Source: an uncultured Acidobacteriota bacterium
Lineage (GTDB): Bacteria > Acidobacteriota > Thermoanaerobaculia > UBA5066
Assembly (NCBI GenBank): GCA_963721385.1
Contig: CAVRJB010000005.1
Coordinates: forward strand, 106,208 to 170,207
Reading direction: 5' to 3'
DNA: 64,000 nt
This document shows positions 55,304-64,000 of the stretch, one piece after another. How positions within the stretch are numbered: the stretch's first letter is position 1; every line of letters begins with the position of its first letter. A program made the position numbers and the translations under genes. The notes below the pieces were generated by a model, which had not been told where the DNA came from, ran no database searches, and saw only the letters and a program-made list of their open reading frames with translations.

Positions 55304-57643
55304 TCAGTTCCACCGCGGCCCCCGCCATGGGTCGTAACGGAACGCCACCTCATGCTCCCCCGCAGGGAGCGGCACGAGGCGAAAGGCGATGTCGGCGGGA
55401 AAGATCCTCGCGGGGCGCCCGTCCACCTCCGCGCCCCACCCCGGGGCGTAGGTGTCCGAGAGGACGAGCCAGCCCGGGCCCTGGGCGCTGAGGAGGACCG
55501 TCCGCGCATCGTCCCGGACGAACGTGACCGGTCCCGGCGCGAGCACTTCGAAGTGCGGCACCGAGGCGACGAGCGCCGGTAGATCGGCCGCCTCCACGAG
55601 CGCGGCGCGCGCGAAGAAGTCGTCGGGCGCACCCGAGAGACGGCGCGCGATGTCCCCCGGGTCTGTCCAGGGCGCGAGCGCCGTGACGACCCGCGCGCGG
55701 GGAAGCGCGAGTCGGTTTCGGAGCACGCGGATCGGCGCGTCCGCCGAGACGTCCGCCCGCCCGATCTCCGGCAGCCGTTCATCGGAGAGGTCGCTGGCCG
55801 TCACGACGTGTGACACGCCGCTCGCGCCGAGCAGCATCGCCTGAAGCCTGGGAGGCGCGTCTTCCACGAGGCGCCGCAGAAGATCGTAGCGGCGCGTCGA
55901 GAAGGTCTCGAGGTCGACCGGGAACGCGAGGCGGAGACCGTAGGACAGACCGGAATACGCATCGAGGCGCTGCCGCCGCAGCCGGAGAGCCGTCTCCCCG
56001 AGAGGCGCGTCGGGGCGGATACGCGAGGCGATCATGCGTGTCGAGAGCCGATGGTCGACCCAGGTCCGGCCGGCGCCCGGGCCGTCGCTGCGCAAGATTC
56101 CGACGGCGGCCGGCACTGTCTGGTAGGCCGCGAGCGGCGCGAGCGGGATCAGCGCGCGGTTGAAGACCAGCAGGTCGGCCGCAACGAGAGCGGCGGCGGC
56201 CGCTCCTCGTCCGCGTCTCTGCGCCGCGGCGACGACGAGGAGGGCGGCGGCGAAGAGCGCGCTGGTGCCGGCGCTCTCGACGAGCCGGCTCCGGACGGCC
56301 GGCACGAGACGGGCGGCGTCGCCTCCCGGCCGGGCGAGCCGGGCGACGAGCTCGTCGAGGCCGAGAAGCGCGCCCGCCGTGACGGCGGCGAGAAGGCCGA
56401 GCACCGAAAGGGCGGCGAGGACGGACGGCCGGCGGAGGGGCGGCGCGTCCGTGTCGGCAGAAAGGACGTCGACACCGTCCCCGACGAGGAGCGCGAGAGG
56501 CAGGAACGCCGCCGTGATCCACTTGATCGGGTACCGGAGAGTGCTCATCAGTTGAAAGTGGAAAAGCGGCGCGAGGGGCCCGTGCGGCCCGAGCGCGAGG
56601 AGGAGGAGCGCCAGTGCCCAGAAGAGGAAGGCGAGGCGGCGCCGTCCCCGGGCCGCGGCGCCAAGAAGAGCGAGAGCGACCGCCGCGGAGCCGACGTAGA
56701 GTCCGCCGAAGAGGGCGCCGAACAGGACGACGTCCGGCCGCTGGAGGAAGCCGGCGAGCGAGGCGTCGCGGAATCGGCGGAACTCGTCGCCGAACGGGTC
56801 GGCGAGGACGGTTCCGAGGAGCTCGAGCGGCTGAAGGGACGGGGAGCCGGAGACCGCGGCGGGAAGCCCGCCGGCGCGGACCGTGGCCGGGAAGTAACGA
56901 AGCACCGCGACGAGGAGCGGTGCCGCGAGAAGGAGGCCGCCTACGAGGACCGCCGCTGCGCGGCCGGCCCGGTGACCGATCCCGGCCCCCGCCGGCCCCG
57001 GCGCGACCAGGACGAGCCCGCCCCCGAGAAGCCCGGCTGCGATGGCGAACGGCTCGGCCGAAAGAACCATCGACGCGAGGACGACGAGGCCTCCGAGGAG
57101 AGGGCGCCCGGCCTTTCCCGGCGGCGCCTCGCGGAGCGCGACCGCCGCGAGCAGGAGCCAGGGGAGCCAGCAGAACGTCGCGTGATAGAGCGCCGTGTAG
57201 GTCGCGACGGCAAGGGCGCCCGAGAGGGGATAGACGACCGCCGCAGCCGCCGAGCCGACGGACGAGATCCCGAGCCGACGAGCGAGGCGAAAGGTCCCGA
57301 GCAGCGCTCCGAGGGCGTGCGCGACGGTGAGCCAGGAAAGGAGGCGCGCCGGCTCGATGCCGGGGATGGCGAAAAGGAGATTCGGCGGGTAGAGCGCCGC
57401 CGCGAACGGGTTCGCCAGGAACGGCGTTCCGTTCGCGAGGTCCGGATTCCAGAGGGGGAGGCCCGCGCGCCACGCACGGCCGAGGCTGCCCCGAAGCGGT
57501 TCGAACGCGGCCTGGAAGTCGCCCAACCAGAAGACGCCTCCCGCGAGAACGCCGCCGAAGAAAAGGAGCCCGACGGCGGCTGCGGCCGATGCGGCCGCCG
57601 CGTCGCGGGAGGGCGCCGGAGCCTTCACGCCCTTCCCCCTCAA
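55304..57643 (-). CDS. YfhO-like polytopic membrane protein (putative glycosyltransferase)
   Basis: [13 protein letters not shown]...LYPPN and C-terminal [32 protein letters not shown]. Start may be GTG 57628. Confidence 0.75.
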   Translation of the reverse strand: MRGKGVKAPAPSRDAAAASAAAAVGLLFFGGVLAGGVFWLGDFQAAFEPLRGSLGRAWRAGLPLWNPDLANGTPFLANPFAAALYPPNLLFAIPGIEPARLLSWLTVAHALGALLGTFRLARRLGISSVGSAAAAVVYPLSGALAVATYTALYHATFCWLPWLLLAAVALREAPPGKAGRPLLGGLVVLASMVLSAEPFAIAAGLLGGGLVLVAPGPAGAGIGHRAGRAAAVLVGGLLLAAPLLVAVLRYFPATVRAGGLPAAVSGSPSLQPLELLGTVLADPFGDEFRRFRDASLAGFLQRPDVVLFGALFGGLYVGSAAVALALLGAAARGRRRLAFLFWALALLLLALGPHGPLAPLFHFQLMSTLRYPIKWITAAFLPLALLVGDGVDVLSADTDAPPLRRPSVLAALSVLGLLAAVTAGALLGLDELVARLARPGGDAARLVPAVRSRLVESAGTSALFAAALLVVAAAQRRGRGAAAAALVAADLLVFNRALIPLAPLAAYQTVPAAVGILRSDGPGAGRTWVDHRLSTRMIASRIRPDAPLGETALRLRRQRLDAYSGLSYGLRLAFPVDLETFSTRRYDLLRRLVEDAPPRLQAMLLGASGVSHVVTASDLSDERLPEIGRADVSADAPIRVLRNRLALPRARVVTALAPWTDPGDIARRLSGAPDDFFARAALVEAADLPALVASVPHFEVLAPGPVTFVRDDARTVLLSAQGPGWLVLSDTYAPGWGAEVDGRPARIFPADIAFRLVPLPAGEHEVAFRYDPWRGPRWN

Positions 57644-58296
57644 TTCCAGCGCGGCTCGACCTTCGATCCCCGGTACGGGGCGAGGAGGTCGAGCCGGCGC
57701 TGCATCGACTCGATGAGCTGCGCGGCCCAGTCGTAGCGCTCGCCGAGGGCGTCCATCGTGAGCAGACGGTAGCCGTCGTCGGCGTCGATCCCGAGCCGGG
57801 TCAGGATCTCGTTCACGACGCCTTCGTCCGAGAGGCCGGGCGGGAACTCCTTGGCCTGCGAGCGGCCGACCGCATCGGCGAGACGCCCGACGTCGGCGAG
57901 GAGGCGCTCCCGGCGCTCGCCGGGCGCCGGGGTGCCGCTGCGGAGCGGCGCGATCGGGTGCTCGGTCACCTCGGCGATCCGGTACGGCTTTTCGCCGGAG
58001 ACCTCGCGCTCGATCCGGTAGCGGTAGACGCCCATGAGGACGATGTTCGACCCCCCGTCCGGCAGCGGTTCGTGTTCCTCGATCTCGCCCGCGCAGCCGA
58101 TCTCGTGGACGGCCGGCCGGCCGGCCGCGTCGGGACGGCCTGCAGGGTCGAGGAGCTGGACGCCGAGGATCCGGTCTCCGGCGAGCGCGTCCGCGAGCAT
58201 TTCGCGGTAGCGCGGCTCGAAGACGTGGAGCGGGAGCGCCGTCTCCGGGAAGAAGACGACGCCCGGGAGCGGGAAGATCGGGATCCGGCGCGTCAC
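57640..58296 (-). CDS. Stand-alone LON peptidase substrate-binding (Lon N) domain protein
   Basis: [29 protein letters not shown] and IGCAGEI; no AAA or protease domain. Confidence 0.9.
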   Translation of the reverse strand: MTRRIPIFPLPGVVFFPETALPLHVFEPRYREMLADALAGDRILGVQLLDPAGRPDAAGRPAVHEIGCAGEIEEHEPLPDGGSNIVLMGVYRYRIEREVSGEKPYRIAEVTEHPIAPLRSGTPAPGERRERLLADVGRLADAVGRSQAKEFPPGLSDEGVVNEILTRLGIDADDGYRLLTMDALGERYDWAAQLIESMQRRLDLLAPYRGSKVEPRWN

Positions 58297-58667
58297 TTCG
58301 CCTCCGGCACGGGCGTCCCGTGGGCGCGCCCCCAGAGCTTCAGGACGTGGGCCGCGACGGCGTCGATCTCCTCGGGGGAGAGGCGGTCTCGAAACGCGGG
58401 CATCGGGCTCTTCGGGTTTCCGTCGGCGATCAGGCGCCGGATGGACGCGACGTCGCCGCCGTGCTTCCAAGCGTCGTCCGTCAGGTTCGCATAAGGCCGC
58501 CCTATTGCGAAGCGCGTGTCCCCCCGGCCGTCACGGCCGTGACAAGCGGAGCACTTCCGGCCCCAGACCCGTTCGCCGGGGTCCTTCGGCCCGCATCCCG
58601 CCGACACGAGGGCCGCTGCGAGCGTGCCGAAAAGCACCTGATTCACGAAGGCGGGACGCCTCACCAT
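58293..58667 (-). CDS. Monoheme c-type cytochrome, probable lipoprotein
   Basis: Lipobox-like VSAGC, heme motif CSACH and distal MPAF. Start uncertain. Confidence 0.88.
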   Translation of the reverse strand: MVRRPAFVNQVLFGTLAAALVSAGCGPKDPGERVWGRKCSACHGRDGRGDTRFAIGRPYANLTDDAWKHGGDVASIRRLIADGNPKSPMPAFRDRLSPEEIDAVAAHVLKLWGRAHGTPVPEAK

Positions 58668-58695
58668 CGAGAGCCGCATGGTATCTTTACGCGCG

Positions 58696-58929
58696 ATGGC
58701 GAACAAAGACGATCGGTACGAGGACAACGTCGCCGGCAAGTTCTACGTCGACACGCAGTGCATCGACTGCGACGTCTGCCGCGTGACGGCGCCGAACAAC
58801 TTCAAGCGGAACGAGGACAAGGGCTACTCGTTCGTCTCCAAGCAGGCCGAGACCCCGGAGGAAGAGGCCCAGTGCCAGGAGGCCATGGACTCCTGCCCGG
58901 TCGAGGCCATCGGAAACGACGGGGAGTAG
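58696..58929 (+). CDS. Monocluster ferredoxin
   Basis: CIDCDVC and a distal CPVEAI in a small acidic protein. Confidence 0.92.
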   Translation: MANKDDRYEDNVAGKFYVDTQCIDCDVCRVTAPNNFKRNEDKGYSFVSKQAETPEEEAQCQEAMDSCPVEAIGNDGE

Positions 58930-58932
58930 ATT

Positions 58933-59847
58933 TCAGGTGACGGCACGCCGGGCGTGGTAGCTCGACCGGACCAGCGGACCCGATTCCACCCGCGCAAAGC
59001 CCATCGCCTCGCCTTCCCGTCCGATGTCGTCGAACTCCTCGGGGGAGTAGTACTTCTCGATCGGTAGCCGCCGCTCGTGCGGCTGCAGGTACTGGCCGAT
59101 CGTGAGGACGTCGGTGCCGGCGCTTCGAAGATCGAACATCGTCCGCGAGATCTCATCTCTCGTCTCGCCCAGCCCGACCATCACGCCGCTCTTCACCTTC
59201 AGCGAGGGCGCCGTGTCGTCGCGGAAGCGGGCCGCCCGCGCGAGGAGCTCGAGAGAGCGCTCGTAGACGGCGTCGGGCCGGACGCGCCGGTACAGGCGCT
59301 TCACCGTCTCGGTGTTGTGGTTCAGGACCTCCGGCCGCTCGTCGAGGACCGTCCGGAGAGCCGTCTCGCTCCCGAGGAAGTCCGGGATCAGCACCTCGAC
59401 GGTGGCGCCCGGGTTCAGGTGGCGGATCTCCCGGATCGTCGCGGCGAAGTGGGAGGCGCCGCCGTCGGAGAGTTCGTCGCGGTTCACGGATGTGACGACG
59501 GCGTGCCGGATGCCCATCGCGGCGACCGCCTCGGCCACGTGGCGCGGCTCCGCCGGGTCGAGCGGCCGCCCGATTCCCTGCGCCACGGCGCAGAAGCCGC
59601 AGTGCCGGGTGCAGACGTCGCCCATCAGCAGGAAGGTCGCCGTCCGCTCGCGGCCCCAGCATTCGAAGATATTCGGGCAGCGCGCCTCCTGGCAGACCGT
59701 GTTCAGGCTCTTTTGCTCGAGGAGGGCGAGGATCTCCCGGGCGTCGTCCGAGTCGGACACCCGCACCTTCAACCACGCCGGCCTCGGCGTGACGCCGTAA
59801 CGCGGACGGTCCGGAGTGGGGGAGAACGTGGGGAGATTCGCGCTCAC
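58933..59847 (-). CDS. lipA: Lipoyl synthase
   Basis: [21 protein letters not shown] and PLVRSSYHA. Confidence 0.97.
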   Translation of the reverse strand: MSANLPTFSPTPDRPRYGVTPRPAWLKVRVSDSDDAREILALLEQKSLNTVCQEARCPNIFECWGRERTATFLLMGDVCTRHCGFCAVAQGIGRPLDPAEPRHVAEAVAAMGIRHAVVTSVNRDELSDGGASHFAATIREIRHLNPGATVEVLIPDFLGSETALRTVLDERPEVLNHNTETVKRLYRRVRPDAVYERSLELLARAARFRDDTAPSLKVKSGVMVGLGETRDEISRTMFDLRSAGTDVLTIGQYLQPHERRLPIEKYYSPEEFDDIGREGEAMGFARVESGPLVRSSYHARRAVT

Positions 59848-59856
59848 GCGGCGAGT

Positions 59857-60537
59857 CTATCCGCGCCCGCGGACGCCCTGCCGCGCCGCCCATTGCCAGA
59901 CGGGGTCCCAGGCGTGGAAGACGCAGGCGACGCCCTCGATCTCCTCTTCGGCGAGGGGCGCTGGCAGGCGGACGCAGGCCGTGTGCTCGATGGCGTCGCG
60001 AGCGGCCTCGCGGACGACGAGCCACTCGCGGGCGTCCTCGGGGCTCTCTTCGTGGTACGGGTCGACGCCGAGTGTCAGGAGGGTCGGGAGGTTCCCGGGG
60101 TTCGCCTCGACGTCCAGAATCCGGACCGCCTGGAGGCGGTTTCGGCCGTGCGGGTCGGTCAGGAACTCCCGGAGGACGGTGTGGAGGTCGCCGGGATCGA
60201 AGTAAGCGAACGCCATCAGGGCGTCGCAGCGGACGGAACCGTCGAGGTCGAGGAGGAGCTCGCGGACCTTCGTCTCGAGCGGCCGAAACGGGCCGAGGCG
60301 CTCCGCGGTCTCGTCCTGGAGCCCGGCGAAGACGAAGAGGCCGGCTCGGCGCGTCGCGGGATCCTCGTCGACGAGGCACTGGGCGACGAGACCGACCGTC
60401 TCGTCGTCCACAGGGGCGCGGACGATCCGGTCGAAGTGGAGCGACTCGCCGTCGCCCGCGAACGGCGCGATCTTCTCGGTCAGAAGCTCGTAGGCGTCGC
60501 GGGATCCCTTCCTTCCGGGCCTGACGTTTTCCGTCAT
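59857..60537 (-). CDS. HEAT-repeat-like hypothetical protein
   Basis: Repeats LVDEDPATRRAG, LLLDLDGSVRCDA, LTDPHGRNRLQA and VVREAARDA. GGAGGAG SD; ATG overlaps the lipB stop. Confidence 0.7.
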   Translation of the reverse strand: MTENVRPGRKGSRDAYELLTEKIAPFAGDGESLHFDRIVRAPVDDETVGLVAQCLVDEDPATRRAGLFVFAGLQDETAERLGPFRPLETKVRELLLDLDGSVRCDALMAFAYFDPGDLHTVLREFLTDPHGRNRLQAVRILDVEANPGNLPTLLTLGVDPYHEESPEDAREWLVVREAARDAIEHTACVRLPAPLAEEEIEGVACVFHAWDPVWQWAARQGVRGRG

Positions 60538-61295
60538 CGTTCTCCTCCCGTGGCGACGATTGTCGCCTCCTCCACGGATGTGAGCCTCCGGAGCCCTTCG
60601 GGCCTCTCCTCCGGGGTCCGGCCGAAAACCTCTGCAAAACGTGCGACGAAACGCCGGGCGACCTCCGGGACCGGCGGCGTCTTCTCCTTTCCGAGGAGAC
60701 GTTCGAGGGACGTCACCCCGCCGTCGGCGATCCCGCACGGGAGGAAGAGCGAAAACCGCGCCAGGTCGGGCGCGACGTTCAGCGCGACGCCGTGGCTCGT
60801 GATCCAGCGGGACAAGTGAACACCGATGGCGGCGAGCTTGTCGTTGCCGGCCCAGACCGACGACCAGCGCTTCGGAAGGCCGCTCCGCTCCGCCGTCACG
60901 CCGAAGTCGCCGACGGTCCGGATCAAGACCTCCTCGAGATCGTGGACGAAGCGCCGGACGTCGCGGCGGTCGGGGGAGAGGTCGAGAACGGGGTAGACGA
61001 CGAGCTGGCCCGGGCCGTGCCACGTCAGCTTTCCGCCGCGGTCGGTGCTCCGGAGGGCGATCCCCCGGGACGCGAGGAACGCTTCGGTGACGAAGAGGTC
61101 GCTTCGGGACGCGTTTCGTCCGATCGTGATGACGTCCTCGTGCTCGAGGAGAAACAGCGCCTCGCGGCCGCCCGCCTTGACGCGCGCTTCCGCGGCGCGC
61201 TGGAGGGCGAGGGCCTCGTCGTACGGGACGGGGCCCCGGCCCAGGAGATCGAGGACGTCGAGCGTCCGGCTCAGAGCGACTCCAGCTCGCTCCAC
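60534..61295 (-). CDS. lipB: Octanoyltransferase
   Basis: LEHEDVITIGR, DRGGKLTWHGPGQLVVYP, KLAAIG, HGVALNV and PCGI. Start uncertain. Confidence 0.95.
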   Translation of the reverse strand: MERAGVALSRTLDVLDLLGRGPVPYDEALALQRAAEARVKAGGREALFLLEHEDVITIGRNASRSDLFVTEAFLASRGIALRSTDRGGKLTWHGPGQLVVYPVLDLSPDRRDVRRFVHDLEEVLIRTVGDFGVTAERSGLPKRWSSVWAGNDKLAAIGVHLSRWITSHGVALNVAPDLARFSLFLPCGIADGGVTSLERLLGKEKTPPVPEVARRFVARFAEVFGRTPEERPEGLRRLTSVEEATIVATGGER

Positions 61296-62686
61296 TTCTC
61301 GGTCTCGATCGTCTGTTTCACGAGGCCCAGGAAGGTGTCGCCCTCGGCGCCGTCGATGAGGCGGTGGTCGAAAGTGACGCTCATGAAGGCCATGGTCCGG
61401 ACGGCGATCGTGTCCGACCCGTCGGGCATCGTCACGACCCTCGGCCTCTTTTCGATGGCACCGACGCCGAGGATCGCGACCTGCGGCTGGCTGATGACCG
61501 GCGTCGCGAAGAGCGAGCCGAACCCCCCGTGGTTCGTGATCGTGAACGTGCCGCCGGCCACCTCGTCGGGGCTCAGCTTCTTCGTCCGCGCCCGGCCGGC
61601 GAGGTCGTTCGCGGCGCGGGCGAGGCCGACGAGCGAGAGGTCGTCGGCGCGGCGGATGACCGGGACGATGAGGCCCCAGTCGAGGGCGACCGCCATGCCG
61701 AGGTTGACCTCCTTGTGGTAGACGATCTCGTCGCCGGAGATCGAGGCGTTCAGAAGCGGCCGCGCCTTGAGGGCGGCGATCACGGCCCGGAAAACGAACG
61801 GCATGTACGTCAGCTTCGTGCCGTACTGCTGGGCGAAGCGGTCCTTCACGCGGTCGCGGAGGCGGGCGACGTTCGTGAAGTCGACCTCGAAGACCGACGT
61901 GACGTGCGCGGAGGTCCGCTTCGAGTCGACCATCCGCTCGGCGATCTTCTTCCGCATCGAGGACATCGGCTCGACCACGACGGCCGAGCCCGGGGAGTAC
62001 GGCGCGATCGGGGCCGGCGCGGTGGCGTAGGCCCTCGCGTCGACCTGCTGCGGCTCGGCGACCGTCATGGCCGCAGCGGGGGGTACGGGGGCCGCCGAAG
62101 CCGGCCCCCGATCCGTCGCCACGGGGGCCGCCGAAGCCGGCCCCCGATCCATGGCCGGAGCCGGTTTCCTTTCCACGACTTCGAGGATGTCCGCCTTCGT
62201 CACGCGTCCCGAGATCCCGGTCCCCTTCAGGCCGGCGATGTCGATGCCGTGCTCCTCGGCGATGTTCCGGACGACCGGCGTCGAGCGGCGCCGGAGCAGC
62301 TCTTCCTTCGACTCGCCGGGCTGCGGCCGAACGCTCGCCGGGATCGGCGCAGGCGGCGGAGCCGGAGCGGGGGGCGGGGGGGCCGCCGCTTCCGTCACCT
62401 TCGGCGAATCGGCCGCCGGAGGCGGCATTCCGACTGCGGCGGATTCACCCGCCTCGCCGAGGATCGCAACGACGGTGTTGATCGGGACGGTCTTCCCCTC
62501 CTCGACCACGATCGACAGGAGGACTCCGCTCGCGGGAGCGGGGATCTCGGCGTCCACCTTGTCGGTGGAGATCTCGAAGAGGGGCTCGTCGCGCTTGACC
62601 GCGTCCCCCGGCTTCTTGAGCCACTTCGTCAGGGTGCCTTCGGCGATCGACTCGCCCATCTGCGGCATGATCACGTTCGTCGGCAT
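61271..62686 (-). CDS. Dihydrolipoamide acyltransferase (E2) of a 2-oxoacid dehydrogenase complex
   Basis: Lipoyl domain ISTDKVDAE, E3-binding GTGISGRVTKAD and catalytic DHRLIDG. Confidence 0.95.
   Translation of the reverse strand: MPTNVIMPQMGESIAEGTLTKWLKKPGDAVKRDEPLFEISTDKVDAEIPAPASGVLLSIVVEEGKTVPINTVVAILGEAGESAAVGMPPPAADSPKVTEAAAPPPPAPAPPPAPIPASVRPQPGESKEELLRRRSTPVVRNIAEEHGIDIAGLKGTGISGRVTKADILEVVERKPAPAMDRGPASAAPVATDRGPASAAPVPPAAAMTVAEPQQVDARAYATAPAPIAPYSPGSAVVVEPMSSMRKKIAERMVDSKRTSAHVTSVFEVDFTNVARLRDRVKDRFAQQYGTKLTYMPFVFRAVIAALKARPLLNASISGDEIVYHKEVNLGMAVALDWGLIVPVIRRADDLSLVGLARAANDLAGRARTKKLSPDEVAGGTFTITNHGGFGSLFATPVISQPQVAILGVGAIEKRPRVVTMPDGSDTIAVRTMAFMSVTFDHRLIDGAEGDTFLGLVKQTIETEKWSELESL
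62085..62150. repeat. Tandem duplication with a 36-bp period in the E2 linker
   Basis: ACGGGGGCCGCCGAAGCCGGCCCCCGATCC is identical at 62085-62114 and 62121-62150, encoding DRGPASAAPV twice. Confidence 0.92.
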
Positions 62687-62698
62687 CGAATCGTCTCC

Positions 62699-63742
62699 TC
62701 AGTATTCGGCGAGCCTTCTCGCCGCCGCGAGAAGTGTACGGGTATTCGGCAGGAAGGCCTCTTCCAACTCCGGGGCGTACGGGACCGGTGTGTCCGGGGC
62801 GGTGACCCGGACGACCGGGGCGTCGAGAACCTCGAACGCCTTCTCGGCAATCGTCGCGGCGATCTCGGCACCGACGCCTCCCGTTCGCGTGTCCTCGTGG
62901 AGGATCAGGCACCTCGAGGTGCGCGCGACGGACTCGAGGATCGACTTCTCGTCGAGCGGCAGGAGCGTCCGCACGTCGACGACCTCGACCTCGATCCCGT
63001 CCTTCGCGAGCTCTTCTGCCGCCTCCAGCGCCGTCCAGAGCATCGCACTCCAGGTCAGGATCGTCAGGTCCCGGCCGGGCCGGCGGACGGCCGCCTTCCC
63101 GATGGGGACGACGTAGTCCTCCCGCGGGATCCGGTCGCGGACCCTTCGGTAGAGGAACTTGTGCTCGAGGAAGACGACGGGGTCCTCGTCGCGGATCGCG
63201 GCTTTCAGCAGTCCCTTCGCGTCGTACGCCGTCGCCGGGGCGACGACCTTGAGGCCGGGCGTGTGGGCGAAGGCGGCCTCGGGGCTCTGCGAATGGAAGG
63301 GTCCGCCGTGGACTCCAGCGCCCGACGGCCCGCGGACGACGAGCGGCACGCCGACGCCGGTCCGGTAGCGGCTCTTCGCCGCGTAGTTCGTCAGGAGGTC
63401 GAACGCGCGCGAGATGAAGTCCATGAACTGCATCTCGGCGACGGGCCGGAGGCCGCGCATCGCCGCGCCGATGGCGCCGCCGACGATCGCCTCCTCCGAG
63501 ACCGGCGTGTCGATGACGCGCCCGGCGCCGAAGCGGGCGAAGAGCCCCTCGGTGGCCTTGAATGCGCCGCCGAACGCGCCGACGTCCTCGCCGATGACGA
63601 AGACGCGGCCGTCGCGCTCCATTTCCTCCCGGAGCGCCTGCCGGATCGCGTCGACGTAGAGCGTCCCGGGCCCCGCCGCCCCGCCGGCCTCCGGAACGTC
63701 GAGCGTCAGCGTGACCCCCTCCTTCGCACGCGGGTCGGCCAT
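62699..63742 (-). CDS. 2-oxoacid dehydrogenase E1 beta subunit
   Basis: IGEDVG, RVIDTPVSE, AEMQFMDF, HSQS and FLEHKFLY. Confidence 0.95.
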   Translation of the reverse strand: MADPRAKEGVTLTLDVPEAGGAAGPGTLYVDAIRQALREEMERDGRVFVIGEDVGAFGGAFKATEGLFARFGAGRVIDTPVSEEAIVGGAIGAAMRGLRPVAEMQFMDFISRAFDLLTNYAAKSRYRTGVGVPLVVRGPSGAGVHGGPFHSQSPEAAFAHTPGLKVVAPATAYDAKGLLKAAIRDEDPVVFLEHKFLYRRVRDRIPREDYVVPIGKAAVRRPGRDLTILTWSAMLWTALEAAEELAKDGIEVEVVDVRTLLPLDEKSILESVARTSRCLILHEDTRTGGVGAEIAATIAEKAFEVLDAPVVRVTAPDTPVPYAPELEEAFLPNTRTLLAAARRLAEY

Positions 63743-64000
63743 CAGACCTCCTCCGCGGCGGGGGCATAGACCCCTTCGAGCGCCGTCCCGGGCTCCGGGG
63801 GAGGCGAGGTCTCGGCCGCCGCGAGATCCGCGTCGAGCTGCAGCCCGATCGCCTCGCGCATCGCGCCGCGGGCCGCAGGTGGGAGGATCCGCCGTTCGTC
63901 GAGGACGCGCTCGAAGCGGGCCAGCGGGTCCCGCGCCTTCCACTCCGAGAGCTCCTCCGGAAGGACGTAGCTCTGCGCGTCATGCTCCGCGTGGCCCTTC
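63742..64000 (-). CDS. 2-oxoacid dehydrogenase E1 alpha subunit, C-terminal fragment (5' end outside the window)
   Basis: Reads KGHAEHDAQSYV..EELSEWKARDPLARF..LEGVYAPAAEEV-stop. The TGA overlaps the E1 beta ATG. Not in the ORF track. Confidence 0.88.
   Translation of the reverse strand, partial: KGHAEHDAQSYVLPEELSEWKARDPLARFERVLDERRILPPAARGAMREAIGLQLDADLAAAETSPPPEPGTALEGVYAPAAEEV

Noticed and set aside
61271-64000. Specific gene symbols (sucB, pdh or bkd) for the dehydrogenase cluster
   Set aside because: Substrate specificity cannot be decided from motifs alone, and E1 alpha is truncated by the window.

Overview
This is a high-GC (about 70% by eye) stretch of core bacterial chromosome. Gene content and order suggest Acidobacteriota, possibly Thermoanaerobaculia-like, but that is an inference. 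From the start it holds a frameshifted PA-domain surface protein, ridA-hpt, and a lysS-lolC/E-lolD-clpC-bamA-skp-lpxD-fabZ-lpxA envelope cluster. Next come an EF-G paralogue, a Ser/Thr kinase with ggt, tRNA-Pro(CGG), a TetR regulator, an ECF sigma/anti-sigma pair, argRCBDGHJ with tandem ARG boxes, and lexA. The second half has an M61 peptidase, a PilT-like ATPase, a tRNA nucleotidyltransferase, a histidine kinase, gatCA, an amidase, a GldAFG-like ABC system, and a pentapeptide-repeat protein divergent from an AAA ATPase. It ends with two GT-C/YfhO-like membrane proteins, a Lon-N domain protein, cytochrome c, ferredoxin, lipA/lipB and a 2-oxoacid dehydrogenase E1/E2 cluster. I found no integrase, transposase, reverse transcriptase, CRISPR array or clear defence system. 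The most notable signals are: recurrent -10 boxes 6-9 nt upstream of start codons (probable leaderless genes), including overlapping back-to-back -10 boxes; a structured lexA leader; a probable CC-adding-type nucleotidyltransferase; a low-GC in-frame patch inside lysS; and the pentapeptide/AAA pair. All functional calls rest on motif recognition, not database searches.
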